Part shown: positions 13,710 to 23,818 of the stretch, piece by piece
Numbering within the stretch: the first letter of the stretch is position 1
Layout: each line of letters opens with the position of its first letter
Origin: Anolis carolinensis
Lineage: Eukaryota
Assembly: GCF_035594765.1 (NCBI RefSeq)
Contig: NC_085843.1
Coordinates: 268,933,971-268,997,970, forward strand
Direction of reading: 5' to 3'
DNA length: 64,000 nucleotides
Notes under the pieces: model-generated
What the model was told of the DNA's origin: nothing
What the model saw: the letters and a program-made list of their open reading frames with translations, nothing else
The model's database searches: none
Position numbers and translations under genes: made by a program

Positions 13710-14297
13710 TAAATAAAATGCTGGCATATAGTTGGAAGTGGTGTTATTTATTTGGATAGCTAAAAGAGGGGAACGTTTGAGTTAACAAGAGGAGCTCAAT
13801 ATTCCATTTTAGGAAAACCTAAGGCAGAGATTGAGGAATTTCTCCTGGAAATGGAAGATGGCAAATTTGTTAAGAGAGTCACATTAGAGCAGGCATGTTA
13901 GGAATCGTGGGAGTTGAAGTCCAAAACACCAGGAGGGCCCAAGTTTGCCCATGCCTGCATTAGAGGCATCAATGAGGCCAGGCAACAAAACAACAATAAC
14001 TTGAGAATTAGCTGTTCATCCTTTGCAGACGGGATCAGAGGAACATGTGGTCCTTTTAGATATTGCTGGATTATAATGCCTATCAGTTATGACCATTGAC
14101 CATACTGTTTCAGTCTGACTGGCACTGAAATCAATCGTGAAATATATAAATTAAATTATTTATTGCTATTGCGATGATAAAACAAGGGAGAACAAGTGGA
14201 AGACAAGTTTACTTTAAATGCTAGCAATGTCATACACATGACATTTCCTTATGACATATGACGTGAGTGCTGCAGTACCCCTTTCTCCTTGGAAGTA

Positions 14298-14636
14298 CAG
14301 TAGAGTCTCACTTATCCAACATAAACAGGCCAGCAGAATGTTGGATAAGCGAAAATGCTGGATAATAAGGAGGGATTAAGGAAAAGCCTATTAAACATCA
14401 AATTACATTATGATTTTACAAATTAAGAACCAAAACAGCATGTTTTACAACAAATTGATAGAAAAAGCAGTTCAATACATGGTAACGTTATGTAGTAATT
14501 ATTTATGACTTTAGCACCAAAACATTGCAATGTATGGAATGCATTGACTACAAAAACATTAACTACTAAAAGGCAAACTGTGTTGGATAATACAGAATGT
14601 TGGATAAGCGAAGGTTGGATAAGTGAGACTCTACTG
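14298..14636. mobile_element. Tc1/mariner MITE, same family
   Basis: Same TIRs, TA TSD. Confidence 0.9.
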
Positions 14637-15029
14637 TATTACAATAATTTTATATTAGAAAAATCTTTGCAGATGTACCTTTATGTTTCAATTTTCACAT
14701 TCCTGCGACATGAAATTGAACTGTTGGTTAATATGGTTGGCACCTCTGTGCTTTTACTTTTGCTAAAAGCCTACATTTCTGTTTCCACGCACACAACTAA
14801 ATCTGCAACCCAATGTGTAGTCACATCAGCAACTGAGCTGCACAACCAGAGTCTGACTGCCAATTTTGGCACGGATACATCACTTGAGAATGCGCAATTT
14901 CACATCCACAATACTGAACTGAATGCAAATATTTCACAATATTAAATAATGTCCATCTGCTTCCATGATGGAACTTCCACATGCATAACAAACAAACAAA
15001 ACAGAATATGGGTCACTAGCCCACATTTC

Positions 15030-15173
15030 NNNNNNNNNNNNNNNNNNNNNNNNNNNNNNNNNNNNNNNNNNNNNNNNNNNNNNNNNNNNNNNNNNNNNNN
15101 NNNNNNNNNNNNNNNNNNNNNNNNNNNNNNNNNNNNNNNNNNNNNNNNNNNNNNNNNNNNNNNNNNNNNNNNN
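15030..15173. other. Assembly gap (144 N)
   Basis: N run. Confidence 1.
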
Positions 15174-15862
15174 ATGTGCATGCTCTGGGGGTCTCCTCAC
15201 AAAGAACAAATGAGGGATGTTATGCTCCATTCCTTTAAACTCCTTTTTTTTTTTTAGTTTCTATGCTTTTAGGCTAATGTTGTACACAAGGTAGGGCCAT
15301 AAGGCAATGGAGGACAACTTCAAGTTTATTGTGAGATATACGTCTATTTTTACTAGAAGCAGGCAGTTGCTCAACCAGAGTACAATATAGTGCCATATGT
15401 AAGCCCAGCTGTTCATAAAAGTTAATGGGAGAGAATGAAGAATAAAGGAATAGATGCCTCTGAGCAAACACTTGGCCCAGGCTTTTGTGATCAGTAGGAG
15501 AGCTTGAATACATTTTTACAAATAGCCATCAAGAAATCTCTGATCAGTAGTCAAGCCAATGCCACAAACACTTCCACAAAATGGGATCAACTTCTAAATG
15601 TTATTCAAGGACAAGCATTATTTTGCCTAATTAGTCTCAATTAGGGAAGAGCATTGAATCATCTGAATGTACCAATGTGTTGACTCCTCCTTTGGAAGTT
15701 GTGAATAAGCAAATGGATTCAAAACCATTGTCCCAAACCATTGTCTCAAGCTTCTTAGTATCTGCTATGAGACAAGCATTGATTAATATCTTTCTTGATC
15801 TACTATGAACCAAGTAGAAATTTGCAAGGTGGTCCCATGCTACCTTGCTGTGAGATACTCAC

Positions 15863-16080
15863 CCCTGACCATCCAAATGGCAAGAACTGCCCTTCAACCC
15901 AGTTTTCTCCATTGACATATACAAGTCCAGCAATCATGATGAAGACCCAAACAACCAGATTAATCACATTGAGGATGTTGTTGAATCCAACAGAGTTCTT
16001 CACACCCAGGGCAACAATGATTGTTACAACAACTGCAATCACCAGAGCTAGGAGGTCTGGATATGATTCTTCACCTTTAC
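15863..16080 (-). CDS. SLC7A14: SLC7A14 coding exon 3 (GKGEESYPD...PFGWSG)
   Basis: Acceptor TTTTTGCAG at 16082/16081, donor GTGAGT at 15862; 218 nt. Confidence 0.97.
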
Positions 16081-17072
16081 CTGCAAAAAGGAAAGGGAAA
16101 GAAAACATTCAATGGGACTTTGAACAATTTAGAAGCACAGGAACTGGCTGCCAACTTCAGAAATCCTTAGGAGCTTCCATACGAAGGATTCACTGAGGAA
16201 TCTCCGTCCTTTGTTTATTCAGATTTCATGGGGGATTTTCATGATTCCGGGATGCATTCAGTCTTTGATGTACTCAAAGTAAGCCCATTGCAGTCAATGG
16301 GATGTATGTTGGTCATGGTTAACAAGTCACATTGATTTAAATGGATTTACTTATATGACCAAGTGTAGCTCAAAGATGCATGTAATTTAAATTTGAAATT
16401 GGGTCATGGTTAGGACCAACTCTAGGTGAGGAATTCCTGAACAAAGTGCCGTCTGATGGACTCCATGCCATCTAAGATGTAGTCCAACACATCTAGTGGA
16501 AATTAGGTGTGAGGAAGCTGCTCTAGGGCACTGTAGAAATCTAAAAGGTGAATGGACCAAGACACCGGCATTCTTTGGAGCACCAAAATGGGTTGTTTTT
16601 AGGTTGGGGGTCTGTGGTGGTCTCTGCCATTGTACTTTTAATCTGATATCAGCTGTCAAGGATTGTCCATATTTTACCTGAAGGGAGATACTCAGATGTT
16701 TCCTTCTTCAGGAGACATCAGTATTCATGGAAGAAAGCCATCAATGGGCTATTCAACATATTCTCATCCATCACTGGTCACTTTTGGACATACAAATCCA
16801 ATGGAGACCAGCTGAATTACCTTCCATGCTGACTGGTATTATTAAAGCAAGACACATAGCACTTGAAACTCTTAACTCTCTTTGGGTTTCAACCATAATT
16901 TAGTTGTCTCTTGATGCCAAACAGGAAATGTAGGAAATGTAGAAGTTGTTATATTTCAAGTGCCAGAATCTGGCTGGGAGTAGCAATCTTTAACCCCCCC
17001 CCCCAAAGTTCTGCCTAACAGTTGCAATCTGGCATTGAGACAATCACTGCATGCATTCAAGCTCCATCTCAC

Positions 17073-17309
17073 CCAGCCCGTTCAAGGTCCCGACGCTGTC
17101 AATCATCCAGTGGCTGATGGTGTGATTGGCCAAGGAGTCGAACATGCTGCTGAGAGCGCTGGCGCCTGCGGCTGTGCCAATGAGATATTCCAGGATGAGG
17201 TTCCACCCAATGAAAAATGCCACAAACTCTCCCACCGTGACGTAGCTGTAGGTGTAGGCAGAGCCAGTGGTCTTCGGGACCCGCACACCAAACTCAGCAT
17301 AGCAGACCC
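17073..17309 (-). CDS. SLC7A14: SLC7A14 coding exon 2 ([19 protein letters not shown]...TLNGL-G)
   Basis: Acceptor TTCAG at 17311/17310, donor GTGAGA at 17072; 237 nt; CAT-family motif CYAEFGxRVPxxGSAY. Confidence 0.97.
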
Positions 17310-17357
17310 CTGAACAGAGAAAAACAAGGAAAACTGTGAAACTATAGCAATGTATAG

Positions 17358-17614
17358 GAGCCCCGGTGGCCAAGTGTGTTAAAGCACTGAGCTGCTAAAC
17401 TTGCAGACCGAAAGGTCCCAGGTTCAAATCCCGGGAGCAGAGTGAGCACCCGCTGTTAGCTCCAGCTCCTGCCAAACTAGCAGTTCGAAAACATGCCAAT
17501 GTGAGTAGATCAATAGGTACCGCTTCAGCAGGAAGGTAACAGCGCTCCATGCAGTCATGCCAGCCACATGACCTTGAAGGTGTCTACGGACAACTCCGAA
17601 AAAAAAAATCCCAA
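17358..17614 (+). mobile_element. Sauria SINE, 3'-truncated with A-run
   Basis: Same head and body as the 13380 copy; TSD CAATGTA(T/C)AG (17348-17357 / 17615-17624). Confidence 0.85.
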
Positions 17615-17943
17615 CAATGTACAGATCAAAACACTAATAAAAAGAATAAAAAGACTCGTCCAGAAATCTAGCAGAAGATCAACATTCTGTCATTGAAATT
17701 TGCTTTGATGATTTGTTTTTGCAATGTAACCCCCTTGAATTAACAGTACAGTTTAACAATCTTCTGTCCAAAATGTTTGAGGCCAAAAGTATTTTGGATT
17801 TCACATATGTGGAAGATTTTGGAATGCCCGTATTTGCATAAACATAAACGGTTGCATTGTAACTATGTTTTAATGTTTGATTTTATAGATTATTTAACTA
17901 TGAGCCATGCCTTGAGCCAAAAGCAGAGTCAGTAATACATAAA

Positions 17944-17993
<50 letters not shown>

Positions 17994-18008
17994 CATTATT
18001 ATTATTAT
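17944..18008. repeat. (TTA)n microsatellite, probably a LINE tail
   Basis: Direct reading. Confidence 0.95.
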
Positions 18009-19159
18009 AATATAAGATATCCTGGAGGTGGAACCCAAGTTTAAACATGAAATTCACTTATGTGTCATATACATCTTGTACACATAATATTTAATTATTT
18101 TGTGGATGAAATGAATTTTGTGTACACTGATCCACCAGAAAGCAAAGATGTCACTATCTCAGTCACCCTTGTGGACAATTTTGGAGTATTCCAGAATTTT
18201 GGATAAGGGATAATGAGCCTGCATTTGCTTATAGTGATTTAAATGTTGGACTAGGGCTCTGGGATAATAGGGTGAGATGGGTGACCTTGGGCAAGTCTCA
18301 TTCTCTCAATTTCAGAGGAATTTCCTCTGAATAAACGTTGCCAAAAAAACCCCCAGGTTTTCCATGAAATAACAACAATGGCATTTGTTCACATTTGTTC
18401 ACATTCTTCCCTCCCGCTTTCTTTTGCTATCTCTGTTGTCTCCCTATTCTGTTTTTACTGCATGCTCTGAAAGAATAGAGGTTTGTCTTGGCTGTTTTTA
18501 AACTGATGTTACTCTGTGTACTGACTAAATTCAGACTGTGACTCCTTGACCAAGGTTTGATAGCATACACTAAATAAGAAAACTGGTAACTTTGTCCACC
18601 AAAAACAGCAGAAGAGAAAGGGGTGGAAGGAGAGGCCTTATCTTTGTATTATTCCTTTGTCCTCCCTCTGCCAACCTCTTGTCCAGAGAAAAACAGGACA
18701 CAAAGTGATAAGATAATAGCAGCCCTGACACTTTCCAGTCAATTGCCAGTCAACTCTCTCTGGACTAGAGAGACTGGGTGAGCAGGTGGCAAGGAGAGCA
18801 ACACGAAGGCTAGTCTCCATTGGGAACTCTTGCTAAGATGTGCGCCTTGGCATATGCCCATCAATGCCAACCCCTGATGCCAGCAATTGGCAATTATTTA
18901 TCATACTGACATTCCAACTTCTTTCTATGAAACAACTCAAATGTGACAATCATGGAGATCAGGTATCCAGGTAGTGAGTGACTGCATCTAGAATTGTTTA
19001 ACTTCCAAAAAGAATTATGCAATTTCAGTCTATATCTTGGGATCAAGATATTTACTTGTACTGAACATTATTCCTTTCTCAAGGTTGTCATAATACTTGC
19101 ATTCAGTGGGTTGTTGTATGTCTTTTGGGCTGTGTGGCCATGTTCCAGAAGTATTCTCT

Positions 19160-19200
19160 CCTGACGTTTCGCCCACATCTATGGCAGGCATCCTCAGAGG
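19160..19200 (-). ncRNA. Minimal type I hammerhead ribozyme motif (Penelope pLTR), intact core
   Basis: CCU-CUGAGGA-U-GCCUGC-CAUAGAU-GUGGGC-GAAAC-GUC-AGG: core CUGANGA/GAAA/NUH, helix II, and short helix I (CCU/AGG). Confidence 0.75.
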
Positions 19201-19217
19201 CTATGTGTGCCACACAG

Positions 19218-19258
19218 CCTCTGAGGATGTCTGCCATAGATGTGGGTGAAACGTCAGG
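19218..19258 (+). ncRNA. Minimal type I hammerhead ribozyme motif, intact core
   Basis: CTGAGGA 19221-19227, GAAAC 19248-19252, GTC 19253-19255. Confidence 0.7.
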
Positions 19259-20825
19259 AGACAATACTTCTGGAACATGGCCACACAGCCCAAAAGACAT
19301 ACAACAACTCTGTGATCCTGGCCATGAAGGCCTTCGACAACACTTGCATTCAGTGTTAGAAATATCTTTGGGTAGATAGTAGAGTTTGGTTAGAACTTTG
19401 AAAAGCTACCTTTTTGACTATAACTCCCAGAATCCTCTAGTCATGCTGGTTGGGAGTTGTAATCCAAAACTGTAATTTCCCCAGGTTCTGGGACTGACCC
19501 ATGGCTGACACCTTCTCTGGTTACTAGCTATTGATATTTGGTGATAAGATACTATTTAAATTTCTAAAGGTGCCCAGGGTTTTACTCAGCACTTACTTTG
19601 TTGAAAATAATACTTGTTCATAGAAGTATCATATTCACAAGAGAAAATGCCGGTTTCTGTGGAGAAAATGTTGAGTTTGGTGCAAAACAACTATGTGCAA
19701 ATTTTACAGAGATTAAGTCTCAATTTGTGAACTTTCTTGTAGTGGGAAGAACATTGCTAAAATTACTCATTGCTTTTTTTCAAGTAGAAAATTAGTGAGG
19801 AAATACATCTTTGCTGGAAATCATCAAAAGTATAGTTTTTCTGTTTGGGAGCTTTAACAACACTTGGTTTAGAACTTTGAAGGATCTATATGGAATAGTA
19901 ATACAATATTCATTTTCAAGGGATCACTGTAATTGGCCTTTCTGAACAACCCCTCTCCAGGTCGATAATAGTAGATTTGTTGCTTATTCAAAGCTGTTTC
20001 TTCTCCTCTGTTTCTAACAGGAATGTTGTTTTTAAAGTTGATGGCAGCAATACCAGTCTAGACTGCCAATAATACCACGTAAAAGAAGAGTACGTGCTCA
20101 CAAATGTTGTTTTCTTCTGGAGTTTTAAAAAACAGGTATGACAGACATTGAGAGCATGCCAATTCAGTGATTTTCCAAGGACACAAATTGGACTATTTTT
20201 CTGGTTGACATTTTCTGATTGCATTTCTAGCACAGTAAATTCTGAAAGTGTATGCTAGGACACACTCATCCTGCCATGAGATAACTTCTGCCATGGTGTA
20301 GAAAATTACTTAAATAATTCAAGGCTTTCATGAAACTACAGAAGATCCACTGATACATGAGCCTGGCTATAAATGCATCTCAACAGAAGAGGCAGCGAAA
20401 AGAATTTTGGCCAGAGAACTGCAGTCCTTTTCAGAGAGCATTTCGGTGGCTTCCTGCCAGAGCTGGGGTGGCATTAAAGTAAGGGGTAGACCCACACAAT
20501 TATTTCTGTTTCATATTTGCACACGCGCATGCACATTCTCTCTTCATATGAACCTTTGTTGTTTGTTTTTTGTGCCTTCAAGTTGACTCCAATTTCTAGC
20601 ATATCATAGGATTTTCTTGGCAAGATTCATTCAGAGGAGGTTCCTCTGAGCCTGAGAGAGTGTGACTTGCCCAGAATCACCCTTTGGGTTTCCATGGCTG
20701 GGAGGGGATTCAAATGATGGTCTCCTGAGACACAATTTCAATGTTCAAACTACTACAACATGCTGACCCAACACACCATTTATTCATTCACACAACTATC
20801 TTCATACACAACACCCTCAATTTAT

Positions 20826-20945
20826 CCACATCTCCAGGGGTGGCCTGTGAATCTGCTTGAACCCTTATCCCAGACTTAAAAGGAGCTATCCAAAGTTACT
20901 AACCTTATTACCAAACTGGTTCAACACCTTGGGTTGTTTGTAATA
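20826..20945. repeat. Fold-back element with divergent RE1-like pair (right part degenerate)
   Basis: AAAAGGAGCTATCCAAAGTTACTAA (to 20902), 17-nt spacer, TTCAACACCTTGG (from 20920). Confidence 0.5.
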
Positions 20946-20961
20946 AAACTCTGAGTGGATG

Positions 20962-21212
20962 TATTGTCAAAGGCTTTCCTAGCTGGGATCACAGGGTTGT
21001 TGTATGTTTTCCGGGCTGTATGGCCATGTTCCAGAAGTATTCTTTCCTGACATTTCTCCCACATCTATGGCAGATATTCTCAGAGGTTGTGCGGTATGTA
21101 ATTGGCCTTTCTACCTCACAACCTCTAAGGATGCTTGCCATAGATGTGGGCGAAATGTCAGGAGAGAATACTTCTGAAACATGGCCATACAGCCTGGAAA
21201 ACATACAACCCA
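20962..21212 (-). mobile_element. Short palindromic Penelope-like insertion
   Basis: Same arms, tail on the left; flanking duplication CTGAGTGGATG at 20951 and 21213. Confidence 0.88.
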
Positions 21213-21671
21213 CTGAGTGGATGCATTGTCACACTGCTATGGAAAACCCTGGCTACCCTAACACTTATTCCCCCTTCTGTCTCACAGAGTCTCTTTCCTG
21301 AAAAAGTCTCCATGATAGGGATATGAAGAGTGACAGTGGCAATACTCTCATGAAGAAATGAACAAGCAGAAGTATCTTCCATGGTTGCTCACCATGTCCC
21401 TGAAAAAGCTGCAAACATGCAAATAAAGGCTGGCAAACAACTTCTAAAGGGTATGGTAAGCAGCAGTGGTGGCATCCTCACAAATGAATGAAAGAACAAG
21501 CAGGAGTGCCCACCTTCACCTCTAATTGCCACATCTTGATTTTTTCACAATTTGATGTGTTGCTGTTTCCTATTTTGCATCTATTGTTGGTTAAATCTGC
21601 AGATATGAAGTGGTCCACTGTATATCCTTAGGTATGCAGTTATGCTTGATTTCCAGTGTATGATTCAATGT

Positions 21672-21691
21672 GTTGTCGAAGGCTTTCATGG
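21672..21691 (-). mobile_element. Ultra-short Penelope-like tail insertion
   Basis: GTTGTCGAAGGCTTTCATGG is the reverse complement of the element tail; flanked by TTCAATGT duplication (21664-21671 / 21692-21699). Confidence 0.7.
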
Positions 21692-23643
21692 TTCAATGTT
21701 CACTTGAGCATGCAACGGACCTTTCCTTTTGGAAACCACAGCAGCGTGAGCAAGTGCCAAAGGGATGCCCCATTCCAAATCCAGAAGTTGCTGATGGCTT
21801 CTATGTCAGTGGATGATTTCAGGTTTCAAGCTGAACTATAATAAATATATCTCACAGGATGAAACATGTCTCCCAAACAAGTCCAGCACTTTGGACAACT
21901 CCTTTACAGCTAGTATTAAAAGCAGGAATGGCTTCACTCCCCAACTGACATGGAAGCCACCAGGTGCCATTCACTTGCCTGCAACATCACCAAAACATAT
22001 CTTTGCCCAACATCCTGTAGCTGACAAGCCCAAGTGTAAATACATTATACATGTGTGTATGCATTTTTCTGGTCATTCTAGAGGTTGGTATTCTCTTCCT
22101 CCATACTCAAAACCCCCGAAATGGAGGGTTTCCATTCACTGTTGTGATAATTGCCCCACATAGCCATACTATTGTTGTGGGGGGATTGGAGAAACATCTG
22201 GTTTTGTCTCCATAGCTAGATGTGGACTGATGAGATAGATATTCATTGAAACATCAGTAGGACTCAGCAGAACTTGGAAAATGTCCTTGTTCTGCATCTA
22301 GCTGAGGAAATCCTCAGACTATTCTCTTTTTTTCTTCCAGCTTCCACCAGCAACAGAATGGTCATGGGAGGAAGCATCACAATGTAATGGTGTTGACAGG
22401 GACTCACTGTGCATACAGATCTCTTCGTCATGTAAGTCTCAACCTCTGTGTCTTCACTTACATTTGAGTACTCATGTTTTCATGTCACTTTATATTAACA
22501 ATTTAAAAAGAATGCGCGTGTGGAACTTATGGATTAGTGAGTAGCAATGATTACTTCTCCAAACATTTGTGATTCCCTATTCATTCTCCCCCAGCATTTT
22601 CAGCTGCAATATATTTGCATTTAATATGAACAAAAGAATGCTTTCTCTGCTCCCTAAGAAATGGTCTTTGTAAGTCCTTTAGCTCCCTCAAACTACTTTT
22701 TCTGGAACTGTCCCTAGAAAAGTATTCTGTGCACTTTTCTTTTCTATCGGGATTTGGTTACGTGACCCCCCCCCCCCCCGATACCAAAATTAATGGACCC
22801 TCAATTTACATTAGATACAATGGCATAGTAAAATGACATCCCTTATGCAAAATGGCAAAATCGAAGCATTTTTTTGACATTTTTTGGAATATTGGTTGAA
22901 TCCCTCAATACATAATTTGTGGTTATAGAGGGATGACTGTATCAAAGACACCTTGTCAATTACACAAGTTCTGAATCTGTAACTAGTCTGACATCTCTAG
23001 AGGGTGATTGATTCCACTGCAGCTGTTTTATCTTACCTCTGTTTTTGTGATAAAGCTTCTGGATGTGCAAAACTGCACACGCACACACACATATGCTGGT
23101 GATATAAATACTTTCATTATTGAAGGTCTTGTATATTTCATGCATTTTTAAATGTGCTCAGATAATAAAAGCTTTCAAAGGGATATTTGAGACTTCAATT
23201 TCTATTACACATCTCAGAGATGTGGAAGAAAGAAAGAAAAATACGCCCCACCCCACAAGCAACCCTCCAATAGTTGACTTGGATATAAAGTCATTTCATC
23301 AAAGCTGATTAAAATTGCATGTAAGCTGCAAATGCAAGAGACCAGTGGGAAAGTACATGCCTGAAAGATTTATGAAACAGATGCCGGCATGAAGACAGGT
23401 ATTCTGTTCCAGATTTTGACTTGAAAAATTGTAGTGGTGTTGGCTGCTAACTGCACAGACAGGTGAGGTATGAAGAAAGACTCTCCTTGACATGCATAAT
23501 AATAGCCTACCCAGAGAAATATAAATAATATATGACAAGCTGGCTAGAATTCCCATGATAATTTTCAGATGAACTACTTGCATCAGTTCCTTATATACAA
23601 ACGACACGCAGAATCCAAAGAGGGCAATGTTTGCCTGCTTGTT

Positions 23644-23818
23644 GTGCTCTCTGCCATGTCAGTGGGGCAATGAATAGCCTCAGGTTTAGGATAGCTTGAA
23701 AGGAGCTGTCTGAGGTCCTGAACTTCTTTGGAGGCTAGGGTTAGCACCTTGGATAGCTCTTGTAAAACCTAGAGTAAAGCTTGGAATGGATTCACTGTTT
23801 CAGTGGCATGGGAGACAC
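23644..23818. repeat. Old fold-back (MITE-like) element with divergent RE1-like pair, best-preserved copy
   Basis: Minus-strand TTCAGGACCTCAGACAGCTCC (23722-23702), 17-nt spacer, plus-strand GTTAGCACCTTGGATAGCTCT (23740-23760); flanks are degenerate inverted repeats. Confidence 0.65.

Larger units (their letters stand above)
19109..19341 (+). mobile_element. Short palindromic Penelope-like insertion (inverted pLTR pair + tail)
   Basis: Arms match the 3' end of the 46045 element; 14-bp TSD ACTTGCATTCAGTG (19095-19108 / 19342-19355). Confidence 0.9.

Noticed and set aside
14505-14945. 146-aa plus-strand ORF and other 60-190 aa ORFs in the track (e.g. 26335-26766, 62591-63160)
   Set aside because: They overlap MITEs/SINEs or AT-rich intron, often start at non-ATG codons, and show no recognisable domain or splice context
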